Shown: positions 1 through 15,811 of the stretch, piece after piece
How the letters are laid out: every line of letters begins with the position of its first letter
Position numbering within the stretch: the stretch's first letter is position 1
Assembly: GCA_012295275.1 (NCBI GenBank)
Contig: CM022675.1
Coordinates: 11,036,001 to 11,100,000 of the forward strand
Direction: 5' to 3'
From: Chrysomallon squamiferum
Lineage: Eukaryota; Animalia; Mollusca
DNA: 64,000 nt
Position numbers and translations under genes: made by a program
The notes under the pieces: generated by a model
The model's input: only the letters and a program-made list of their open reading frames with translations
What the model was told of the DNA's origin: nothing
The model's database searches: none

Positions 1-3355
<3,355 letters not shown>

Positions 3356-3905
3356 CATACTGACTTCTCATCCAAGGATAAACTGGAACATCTGAGGTAG
3401 AGTTACTTCCCCCTAAATCTCCCGACCCGTCGTTGGTGGCGCTGCAGCCGTCCGAGTCGTTGGGAGACGAGTTGGGCGTGTCCGGCTTGGGAAACTCCCC
3501 CGGGCTGCGTTTGTTCAGATAACCGCTGTTTTCGGACAGAGCACAGTTGCCGAAACTTGGAATTTCCGGTTCCGCCATGTTGGCGCCGCCATATTGTCTT
3601 AAACCCTCCGCGGTTGTGTTCGCGGCCGCGATTGGCTTAGTGTTCTCGCACTGCCTGTAGTAGTCGTCCGTGTGGCTGTTTTCTATTGGCCGAACTTCCA
3701 GCCTGTCGTACGGGGGAAATCTGGGGTACATGGCCTGGTTGCCGTACGAAGAATACGAGTAGTTGGACAGCTGTCTGTGGTAGTTGTTGTTGACGCCGGT
3801 CGCCATGGGATTCATCTGACCCCCACCGCAGGGCCCCATCGCCCCGGGGTCCAGCGACGCCCCGTAGGAGTTAGGTATGTATGAACTCATGGCCGCACCC
3901 TCCAT
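3356..3905 (-). CDS. Antp: Antennapedia-class (Hox7) homeobox gene, first coding exon (183 codons + 1 nt; homeodomain exon outside the window to the left)
   Basis: Translation is MEGAAMSSYIPNSY...MYPRFPPYDRLEVRPI...VPVYPWMRSQY. The SSY-type N-terminal motif, YPRFPPYDR and YPWMRSQ(F/Y) match my recollection of protostome Antp (Drosophila MTSYFTNSY/YPRFPPYDR/YPWMRSQF). ATG at 3905 is in a perfect ACCACCATGG context, with a second in-frame ATG at 3890. The exon is GC-rich relative to its flanks and ends at G|GTAAG. Confidence 0.92.
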
Positions 3906-3918
3906 GGTGGTTGATCCG

Positions 3919-3945
3919 CTACCCCTTCGTCGGCGACTTTGACAT
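3919..3945 (-). other. Short upstream ORF (MSKSPTKG*) in the Antp 5' leader
   Basis: ATG TCA AAG TCG CCG ACG AAG GGG TAG. It is out of frame with the main ORF and stops 13 nt before the ATG at 3905. Confidence 0.5.
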
Positions 3946-4015
3946 TCACACCGCCCTGAAATTATCTTCAAAGAGAGGCAATAAACCCGTCAGTGATTTT
4001 TTTTTTTCCAAATTT

Positions 4016-4062
4016 CTGTAAAAAAAGAAAAAGAAAAGAAAAGAAAAGAATGCCATTAATTG
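4016..4062 (-). other. Strong 3' splice acceptor upstream of the Antp start codon (implies a 5' UTR intron)
   Basis: Minus strand reads attaatggca-ttcttttcttttcttttctttttctttttt-TACAG|AAATTTGG, with the AG at 4017-4016, 110 nt before the ATG. A second possible acceptor TTTCAG|G lies at 3956. Confidence 0.6.
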
Positions 4063-4103
4063 TATTGTCAATGAAAGGTTGTCGTGGTCTACCTACCGTT
4101 AAT

Positions 4104-4161
4104 TAAAAGGGTATTTATTAAAAGGGGGCTATAAAAAAGGGTATTAAAACAGGGTATAAAA
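4104..4161 (+). repeat. Short degenerate tandem repeat (TAAAA..GGGTAT) x4
   Basis: Units at 4104, 4119, 4132 and 4145, period 13-15 bp. Confidence 0.7.
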
Positions 4162-4329
4162 TGTTCGCTAGACGTTTACACACCCACCCACACACACACA
4201 CACACACACGTAAGAAGTCACAGAATAGAATGATGTATTTGAAAGGATGGCTACGTCTACACACGTGTTGTGTGGCGTAGCTCTTTGGGTTATCAAAATA
4301 CCTACGTTACGTCTGTGCACCCGGGAGGT

Positions 4330-4390
4330 CTGTGATTGATGATAATAACCAGCTATTAGCAGGTAATGGTTTTATTGTTTTATAGCCCAG
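4330..4390 (-). promoter_or_regulatory. Candidate proximal TATA promoter / Hox-Pbx element
   Basis: Minus-strand GCTATAAAA (TATA at 4384-4378) points towards Antp. TGATTGAT lies at 4333-4340. Motif match only. Confidence 0.3.
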
Positions 4391-5270
4391 GGAGTCACGC
4401 TGCTTGTAAATACTTATAGAATACTTAATCTTTTAATGAAAATAGAATACATTTGAAGTCACCATACTGTTTGTGTAAGACGCTGATGGCATTTTGAAGT
4501 ATCAGAAACTATTAGCATATTCATTGACGACATCATCGTCATTGTCGTCGTCGTCATTATCAAGATCAAAGTTTTTTTAAAGATACGCTTTTGATCATAA
4601 AGTGAATAGTTAGATCTTTGTTATTTATTTATTTATTAATTTTTTCTTATGCATATACTTATTTGTTTTCTTTTATATCTTATTTAGTTAGTTATTAATG
4701 TTTTGCTTCGTTGCTTATGTATTTGTTTGTCTGTGTGTTTGTTTGTTTGTTTGTTTGTTTGTTTATTTATTTGTTTATTTATTTGTTTTCTTTATATCTA
4801 TTCACATTCACCAATCTAAAACAACAACAACAATAATAGTTGTTAATTAATTATTAAACAAATAAATACAAAACTAAATAAATAAATAAATAAACGTCAA
4901 TAACTAAGTACATACCTTGCTCAACTCTTTATACACACGTGAATAAAAGACGCTGTATAGCATTAGCTTACATTATACCCCGGGTTACACGCTGTAGAAT
5001 TACAAAAGACTCTTTGTACATGTGAAATATGGCTCTGGAAAACCCGCCTGAGTGTTCAAACAGTCAATGGATTATTTATGTAAATAATGTTTCAGACTGT
5101 TGCATAATGTCTGCTGTTAGGGTGACAGTTGTTTTTCATTCTGTGTCTGAAATTATTGCCTTGCAAGCCACAGCAGCTGTAAGTCTGTATGTATGTAGGT
5201 CTGTGTGTGTGTGTATATATATATATATATACAAGTGTGTGTATATTATTTGTGTCTCTGTGTGTGTACG

Positions 5271-5305
<35 letters not shown>

Positions 5306-5431
5306 ACGTATTAATGTATGTATGTATGTGTGCATTCAGGTGCGGTGTGTGTTTGTGTGTTTGTGCAAAGTTATGAAATAAAAAAAAGCAAATTGCAGGT
5401 AAAATAACTGGAAGTAAATGAAATAAGCAGC

Positions 5432-5469
<38 letters not shown>

Positions 5470-5754
5470 AAGAAGTAGCAGCAGCAGTAGTAATCGTAGC
5501 AGTAATAGTAATAACACTATCAGAAGTAGTAGGAAGGTTTGTAGTATACATGTTACTCAATAAAAACCCAATGAGACAATAAGAAAAAAATCTTAATAGT
5601 AAAGTCCTTAAATGTAATCCGTCGGTTTAATCTCTATCAAACACACAAGAAATCCACAGTAGAAGAACGAAAAGAAACCACCTCTATCATACTGAGACAC
5701 TCTTCCCTAATCGGGTATCAACAGAAACTTAATGACTAAACCCTCTTAATCAAA

Positions 5755-6030
5755 ACCGCCCCTCCTTTAATTCACTTCCATCGAAATCCCAACGAGAATT
5801 ACCTTCTTGAACAATAACCAGCCCTCCCTTAACAAATGTTCATCACTCCCTCTCCTCTCACCATCCCCCCACAGCCACTCATCCCTTTAAACATTTCTGA
5901 TGGAAACCCACCCTCCATTTTCCTCACGCACCCCCGTCCCTTAACAAAGTCTCCATAGAAACGCCACGGATGACCCCCTACTCCATTCCCCCCGCTAGGA
6001 CCTTTTCCTCAGTTGTTCCATAGAAACACT
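5755..6030 (+). repeat. Degenerate ~60-bp C-rich tandem repeat (CCCTTAA...TCCATNGAAAC), about 5 units
   Basis: Related motifs recur near 5761, 5822, 5882, 5936 and 6001; ccatagaaac occurs twice exactly. Confidence 0.5.
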
Positions 6031-6366
6031 TTGCGGACGGGATTCTTTTGCTTAACGATTCGGCAATAAATTGCACTCGGCGATAACGCGTCTATTCTGC
6101 AAGGAACCCGTCTTTGCACGCCGCTTCCCAGCAACCACCTTGCCATACCCATAACCGTAAATCACAAACTCACACAAAAACCGCCGCTACATCAAAGAAA
6201 CGCACACTAAAAGCATCAAACAGTTTTGTAGCCGATTCGTGGACATTTAGGTCGTTCGTTGGTTGGTTTTAAAAAAAAAAAATCTCACTTCGCCAGACTG
6301 CAGAACATTTTTAGCTTACGAAGGTAGGGGACATCCTATATTATTTTTTTTTAAAATTCTTCTTCT

Positions 6367-6398
<32 letters not shown>

Positions 6399-6684
6399 TT
6401 TTTTTTCGTCAGAGTGGAGTAACAACTTTTGAATATTTTTGTCTTCTAGTGAACGTTATTTATAGCGGATATTTTTTTTTAAACCCTTTTCTTTCTTAAA
6501 CATCTGTAAATCTGTGATTGTGCATGTATTTGAGATTTTTGTTGAAAGTAAATGAATTGATATTGTTACGAGCCTGTATTACCGCTCTCTACTTTTGCTG
6601 GAAGTATTCAAAATGCGCGGTGTGAATCTGCTGTGATTACTCTTCACATTCTCGTTAATCCCGGCCAATTTTAGTTTATTTTAC

Positions 6685-6727
<43 letters not shown>

Positions 6728-6930
6728 CTCTCTTGCATTGTTATATGTACTTTCAATAAGGTCATAATTGTTGTAGTAATAACGGTTTTAAAAAGATCAC
6801 AAAATATATATATATATATATTTACGCATTTATATTATTTTAAAATTTCTCAGTGTTTTTATTTACTTATTTATTTATTTATTTATCGACTATTATTGAC
6901 AATATTCATGCTGATAATTCTAATATAATC

Positions 6931-6966
<36 letters not shown>

Positions 6967-7330
6967 CATTATTATATACGAGTTCATAACGAAAATGAAA
7001 GACAGTGACAATATTTTAATAAATAAATAAATACATAAATAAAAACTAGAAAAACCCACAAACAAAAATAAATAAATAAATAAATAAATAAAACAAATAA
7101 CTAAACAATTATGTGAATGAATAATTAAGTAAGTGAATAAATAAATAACTAAATAAATATTTTTTTAGTATTAATACAACATAAATTACGCTGTGATCCA
7201 ACATATTTTTGTTCAGCAATTTACATTATTTCTTCCCACTCTTAACACTTGACTTGTTCCTATACAATTCACTGAGTTATTTAAAACACAAATATCTTCA
7301 ACTTTATAATAATAATTATAGTAGTAGTAA

Positions 7331-7363
<33 letters not shown>

Positions 7364-7392
7364 TAGTAGTGGTAGTAGTAGTAGTAGTAGTA

Positions 7393-7438
<46 letters not shown>

Positions 7439-8012
7439 CACTGATAATAAATAAATAATTAAATAAATAAATAAATAATACATAAATAAATAAATAAATG
7501 ACAGATTTTCATTTAATTACTTTACATGTTGATGGAAAATAAAACAAATGAGAAATAACGACACAATAAATTACAGAGATTTTGAAAAATAATTGCCATA
7601 ATTTACAGCATTAAATTAATTCAGCAGACGTAACATATTTAATTTTTATATTGATTTGTTACGTGGTATTACGAACAGAGAAAGAGAGACAGAAAAAAAA
7701 ACACACACATTCACACTTACACGGATAATACACAGTACACATAAACACGCACTCACACGAACACAAATACACACTGTCACTGACTCAGACAGTTACAGAA
7801 ATTAAAATCCCTTAATGACATAAAATATTTGAAAATAACAAAAACAGTACTTAACATTTAGCAAGTATCAATAAAACTGTTTCAGTTAACATCAAACAAA
7901 TCACTTCTGATATTAATACAACTGTATTAACTGAGTAGTAGCAGCAGTAAGTTTTCTTTTTCTTTTTTCTTTTTTTTATAATAATAATAATATAATAATA
8001 ATAATAATAGCA

Positions 8013-8044
<32 letters not shown>

Positions 8045-8076
8045 TATACTATTATTGTTATTATTATTATTATTGC

Positions 8077-8138
<62 letters not shown>

Positions 8139-8708
8139 CAGATTTTATTCAACAATTTGTACCTTGTTCTTCTTATTATTATTGTAATTATTGCGGTCAC
8201 TAGTAAAACTAATTTTGTAAATTGAGAAAGTATAATCTGTATATGCACACAGATGAAAATAATAATAATTTATCACTATAGTTTCTTAACAGGTTTTACT
8301 AAATAAATGGTAATCGTAACAGTAATATGTTTTTGCGTGAACAAATTTATAAAACTCTTCCTTAATTTCCATATATTAAAAACAACAAAGAAAAAACCTC
8401 AAACGTTTATTTATTTATTTCGTTAGTTAGTTTCGTTTTATTTATTTATTTGCTTATGCTTGTTCATTTATTTGTTTATTTATTTGTTTACAGATCCCTT
8501 TATATTTATTTACAAATTATTTTATTTCATTTTATTTGTTAAAATTGAAACGTGATCATGTGAAAATACAAAATATGAAAACTTAAATTAAAACTAAATT
8601 ATACTAAATCAGAAATAAAAAAAAATAAGACAAATAATAACAAAACAAAATGAAATGAAATAATGAAGTCATTCTAAAAGCAATTAAATAATAATAATAA
8701 TAATAATC

Positions 8709-8747
<39 letters not shown>

Positions 8748-9096
8748 GTAATAATAATAATAATAGCAACAGCAATAATAACACTAAACTGAATTAATCT
8801 TTTTTCATGAAGAAAATAAATACTATTTCCACAAAGTAATAAAATAATAATAATAATAACATGAGTCATAACAATAAAAATTACAAGTATAATATTAACA
8901 CCAACAACAACAAGAAGAATAAAAGTAAAAAGAAAAACGTAACATTTATGTTCACACTTACGCTTACTCGTTCACGTCAGTTTTCCATTGTAGCAAATTT
9001 CTCTATACTGCGTAATGACACGTTCTGTTAACCATTTCCCTGTTAAAAAGAAAAACGAGAAGACAATTTCGAATCAACAAGAAAATGTCAGGCGAA

Positions 9097-9137
<41 letters not shown>

Positions 9138-9906
9138 TTCGGGCAAAAAAAATCAATCTCCGTGCCGACAGTTCGACCAATGTAGGCAGCCGCCATATTG
9201 AAATTTCTTGTTAGGCCAGCCCAGCTGAAAACCCGTGTTACTTTTTACATTTATCATCCCAAACTCGACTGTCCGAGCAGACCGCTTGAAAAAAAGAAAA
9301 TGGTTAGCTTCTCTGACTTTCGCAAGTGTCTTAATTAGATTTTTTTTTTCTCTCCCTTTTTGTTTTTTTTTGTTTTTGTGTTATTATATTCTGTTATGTT
9401 ATGTTGTTTTACTGTTATTATTTTTTATTATTATTATTTATGTTTTGTTATGTTCTGTTCTGTTATGTTGTGTTACTGTTATTATTTTTTTTATTATTAT
9501 TATTTATGTTTTATTATGTTCTGTTATGTTATGTTATATTGTTGTTGTTATTTTTATTATTATTTGGTTTTATTTTATTTTATTTGATCTCATTTTATTT
9601 TATTTTTTTATTTCATTTTCATTTATTTTATTTATTTTATTTTTGTTTTTGATGTTATTTATTTACCTTTTATTTATTTATTTATTTATTTATTTAATTA
9701 ATTTTTACAGAGTAGTACAAACCATCAAAGGCTTTTTCTGTCTATAATAGGAATAGTATGTATGTATATATTTTTTTCTTCTGTTTTTAACCTATTAATT
9801 TTTTTCTTCACTGTGTGTTATATAGATTGTGTTAGAAGCAAATAAAATTAAACTTAACTGAAATAATAATAATAATAATAATAATAACAACAACAACAAC
9901 AACAAC

Positions 9907-10003
<97 letters not shown>

Positions 10004-10680
10004 AATTATAATTGCAAACAATGTAAATTCATATATTAATTAATATATCTGTTTCATAAATTTATTTATTTATTTATATAATTACAAAATTATTTAAAGT
10101 TTTTTTATTATCATTAGTAGTAGTAGTATTCATTCATTCATTTATTTAATCATTTATTTATTTATTTATATACTTCTTTACATATTTACTCGTTTTGTTT
10201 ATCTAGTTCTGTACATTTACTATGAAAAAGTCTTATTTCTAATATATTATAATTATTCTTATATTTAAATAAATTAAAGAAAAGTTATTGTACGTTTTAG
10301 GTAGCATGGTATTAGTTTACCCAAGACCCTACTGTAAAACTGATAAATCTGGAGTATTAAGTTCTTACAGTTACATAATAAATTGTTTATTTTTGCAAAT
10401 AATGTTTACAGTTTTGAGTAATATTACCTATTTCTAATTACGGGTTTTATTTGCTATTTATTTAATTAAAACAAATTGTAGATATATTTTACATGTATAT
10501 ATATATTTACATTGATAAATCAGATAATTAAAAATGGTGATTTCTGCAAAATATATTTGTATTATTTATTTTAATTCAAAACTATGTTAGCATAAGCAAC
10601 AAAGATATTTGTGTTTATTGTAAATAAAAACAGATAAGAGTAAGCCACAAAAATCAACATATGAATAAATAATAGTGATA

Positions 10681-10744
<64 letters not shown>

Positions 10745-11636
10745 TTTTCTTCATTAACATTTCCCCATGATATAAAAATGTTTTAGTAATTATTCAACAC
10801 TGCTAAGATTAACTTTTATAATGAATAAAAACCAAATGATTATTATTCACATTAAAGTAATTGTATTTATTTATTTATTTACATATTTATTTATTTATTT
10901 ATTTATTTTTTATATTATTTAATTATTTAATTTAATTTTATTATTATGTTATTTTATATTGTACTGTATTGCGTTATATTATATTACATTATATTACATG
11001 TATGTCATATGATACAATATAAATTATATTATATTATATTATATTATATTATATTATTTTATTTTATTTTATTTTATTTTATATTATACTACACTACATT
11101 TTATTATTATTATTTTATATTATATTATTTTATTTTATTTTATTTTATTTTATTTTATACTACACTATATATTTTTTTATTATTACTACTACTACTATTA
11201 TTACATCATCACAATAACTATTGCTAACAGAAGCAACACAAATGTACCAAACGATAATGTAGTGTTTACCATATACAACAACTGACAGCAGATATGTATA
11301 CAAGTAAATAAAAAAGCTGTGTATTTTACTACCAGTGTTTTCGTGCAATCTCTTTGATCATGGGAATCAGTGACCGAGAAGGCTTTGCGTTGCACTTACA
11401 AAAACATATTCGTTACCTCGATGTGGGTTCCGTTAGCTTAAATAAACAATAAACGCCAGAACGGCTTAGTTTCTGTTTTTTGAAAATTATCAGTAACGTT
11501 GAAATGATGGAACTAGCGGGACTGTGATTGTGATAGGGATAGAAGAAAAAAAAAAAAAGAATGGCAGAGATGAGGGGGGTGAGGTGGTGGAGAGAGGAGG
11601 TGAGATAGATAGATAGATATGTAGATAGAAAGATAG

Positions 11637-11682
<46 letters not shown>

Positions 11683-12506
11683 TAAAAAATAATAATAATA
11701 ATAGTGATAATAATACCAGCGGAAATGATAATTATGATGAAGATGATGATTTTAACAATAATAACAACAGTAATAATAATAATTAAAATAATAATAATAA
11801 TATCAATAACAATAATAACTATAATGATGATACTAATAACAATACCAGCAGTAATGATATCAATAACAGCAACAATAACGACAGAAACAATAGTAATAAT
11901 AACATAAACAAAGAAGAAGTATTTTTTGCATGTTTACTAATCTATATGAAGCAGGAAAACGTTGTAGTGGTTGTAACAGCTGCAGTAGTTGCAGTTGTTT
12001 TAGCACTGGTATAGGAATAACAGGGTCGTTGGTGTAGCAACAGCAATAAGAGTAGTTTTAGCAGAAGTGAGATTAGCAACTAGAAAAGTTGAAAATAAAT
12101 TAAGAATAAAAAGGAAAGAAAGAAGCAAAGATAAATTAGATAAAGAAAATAAAGTAGAGATATATATTCATAAAGACGGAGGGAAAAAAGTAAAAAAATA
12201 TTTCAGTTACATGTAGTCATTTCACAACACTACACAATTCATCTGTTCTTCTTTTTACAAATATTACACCAAGGATGTCACAAGTAACGTCTTTACATTA
12301 ACACAGGCCTATAACTTAACTGGGGTCGTCGCATTTCTAGCGTAAAATAAAGTCAATGGTACACCCAGGGTACAAATCTGTCACCCCGAATCGTAATTTG
12401 AGTAATTTGAATAGCGGGTGGGAGTAGATGACTTTTTTTTTTTTTTTTTTTTTTTTTTTCTTCTTAAGTTGTTTACGGAAAGTTAAATAGATAGAAATAC
12501 AGGGAG

Positions 12507-12647
<141 letters not shown>

Positions 12648-12823
12648 GACAGAAAACGATAAAATAAAATTTAAAAAGAACCACAGCGATCATACTGGGG
12701 TAGTGACTATTTAGCCAAGAAAAAAAAAAAAAAAAAAAACTAAAAACCGTCGAATCCAAAGCAGCGGGTTTTCCAAGTGTTTTCACGAAGCTTTTTAAAC
12801 ACACGCTATGCTTCTTCTTTCTT

Positions 12824-12854
<31 letters not shown>

Positions 12855-12858
<4 letters not shown>

Positions 12859-13100
12859 AGCCCAGTTGATCAAAGCTGGGCTGGCTAACTGAACGAAACG
12901 GAGCGAGTAAGCTATTCTGCCCAGCGTTTCTGCACGGCTTGGACGTATAGTGATGGAAATTGCACGTTTGTAGCTTCGCGGGGATTCCTTTCATGCTTGG
13001 AGACTGCGTCCTGGCTAACAGGGCGATCAAAGGAATATCGCAACTGGCCCCCTGTTGTTAAAAAACCATAAAACCCGTAAAGAAAACGAATTAATCAAAT
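12855..13100. promoter_or_regulatory. Candidate enhancer with two TCF/LEF-type sites and Cdx/posterior-Hox-type sites
   Basis: ATCAAAG at 12869-12875, GATCAAAGG at 13025-13033, CCATAAAA at 13066, CCGTAAA at 13075. CpG-rich island bounded by poly-T and poly-A. Confidence 0.4.
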
Positions 13101-13123
13101 AACGCATCATGATTTTTTCTTCC

Positions 13124-13185
<62 letters not shown>

Positions 13186-13307
13186 AAGAAAGGAAAAAGC
13201 TATTTCTTGTCCAAGATGATTTTTAAAGCAGTTACTAGGCCTACTTTGAAAAAAAAAAAAAAAAATATTAAAAAAAAATATAAAAATAAAAATAAATAAA
13301 AAAAATA

Positions 13308-13353
<46 letters not shown>

Positions 13354-14950
13354 TTAACTTAATGATGAAGATGAAATAAATAAATAAAGATGAAAGAAAA
13401 AATAATAATAAATAAAATTAATAATTAAACACATAAATAAACACACAAATAAATAATTATATAAATAAGTAAATAAATTAATAGATAAATAAGTATATAA
13501 ATAAATAAATAAATAAAAAATTAAAAAAAAAATAATAATAATAAATACTAAACAGATAATACGTTTGATAAATAAAATCCATCATATTTTATTCATTCGA
13601 TACGTTTTGGTCCGCATATTAATTTTTATATATCTTTTTTTTCTTTATACATTATCATCAATGATCTTTTGTCATATCTGCAATACGTATGGGGAAAAAT
13701 AAAACAAAACAAACAAACAAACAAACAAACAATACAATAAAATAAAACAAATAAATACATTTTCGTTTTTTTTTTTTTAAAAATTCTTCCACATTCCTTT
13801 GCACATCAAATGCGAATAAACATGGATGTTAATGTGTGAAATGTTTGCGTTTATCTCTGTGTTGACTTAAAGTCTGTCAGTCACTTGGGAGGAGTCTTGT
13901 AAAGTTTTAGTATTGTTTTTACTGGCCGCCTCGTTTTACTTGATGTCCTATTAATTGGAAGAGATTGCACTTCTCGGCGATGGAGATAGCTTTTGAAAAT
14001 ACCCAGAAGAGTTCGTGCAATTCCACGAATTGTTACCTCGTTTAGGAAATGGAAAGAAGAAAAAAAAAAAAAAAAAAAACAGATAGAGAAAAAAAAATAT
14101 TTATACAAATTTTTTACAGCCATTTTTATAAATTGTTAATATTTTTGTAGTTTGTTATGTTCAGAAAAAAATTTTTTTTTTTTTTTTTTTTTTTTTATAG
14201 AATTCACGAATGGAAAAAATAAATAAATGAATATATGAATGAATAAAATAACATTTATAGGCACACAAAACACAAGCATGCACACACACACACAGTTAAT
14301 GATAGTGTAAATAGGTAAATGAACAAACGAAAATAAATTCGCAAGTGAGTTAATGAATCAGTTATATCAAATAAATAAATAAACAAATAAATAAATAAAT
14401 AAACAGACAGAAAGATAGCTAGATAGTAGACAGATAGACAGAAAGACAGGTAGACAGATCGACAGATAAGTGAAAGGATAAACAGATGCGCTGAAATTAA
14501 TTTTAACATAAAATCTTAAAGTTTAATTTAAACAAAGTTATATATGAAATTAAAGGCATATATAACTATATGAAGCATTAGAATTAGCTTACGAAGAAGA
14601 AGAAAAAAAAAAAAAAAAAAGTAAAAAAGAAGTTAAAAAACAACCAACAATTTTAAATACTCAAGTTTCAAAACTCACAAACAAAACCATTTTACACTTT
14701 GTATAGCAGCTTGTAATTAGTTGGCTTGGGTGAAAAGAACATGACAGAAACTTTTTCCCTGCTCTTAAAAACCTCCCCGCGTGTCAAAGGTTAACCAATC
14801 AGAATTCGTTAACTGATAAAGTTCTTTTGACCCCCCCTCCCATGATCTGTTGTTTGTAAATATAGGAAGGCATGTTTGGAGTACATACTGCACCAGTGCG
14901 AACTGTAGGTCAAAATAAAGTCTGATTACCATGGAAACAATGTATGTGAG

Positions 14951-14986
<36 letters not shown>

Positions 14987-15725
14987 GAAAAATTAAAATA
15001 ATGAAAGATTTAGAAATGAGAAATTCAGTTTCATTTTATAATACTTGTATTATGTAAACTAATAAAACCTTTATGCGTTTATATTTAATATGGATTTTAA
15101 CTGTATGTTGTTTCATTTTTCTTTTTTTTTTTTTTTTTTTTTTTAAATTAAATGTTTATTTATTTGTTACTTATTTATTTAGTTTACGTTTTATTTAGTG
15201 ATTTATTTGTTTGCGTGTTTGCTTGGTTCTTTATTTATTTACAAGCTTTTATGTTTCTTTCATTTTGCTATTTGTATTTATTATTTTTTTTCTTTTCTCT
15301 TTTTTCCTTTATGTATTCACTAATTCACTTGTAGATAAATATTTGGTTTTTAATTTCCCTTAACTTTAATTCCTGTTCTTTTCCATTCGTTTTATTTTTC
15401 TGTTTTTCATTTAGTATATTTATTTCATTAAAACTTGTTAAGCTGTGAAATTAATTACAGGTTTCACTTTGAATTATGAATACAAACTAAAATGTATCGT
15501 ATCATTATATAAATATTTATATACACTTCATCCATTTTGTTTATTCTAATACATTTTTCTTTCATCTATTTCAGGTTAACATCACAAGACAAAGAGTGAA
15601 AAAAAGCCAGACCATACCTATCATGTGAAACAACAGAGAAACCAAACTGAAATAATAAATAAAAATATTATTGTTAAACTTTACTGTTGTTTGATTCTTT
15701 GTGAAAATAACTTATTAGTATTATG

Positions 15726-15811
<86 letters not shown>

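Noticed and set aside
3672-3884. 70-aa + strand ORF
   Set aside because: Antisense shadow of the GC-rich Antp exon.
4149-12372. miR-10-family-like TACCCTG starts on the minus strand at ~4156 and ~12372 (also + strand at 35563/35848)
   Set aside because: Only the seed region matches; there is no complementary arm to form a pre-miRNA hairpin.
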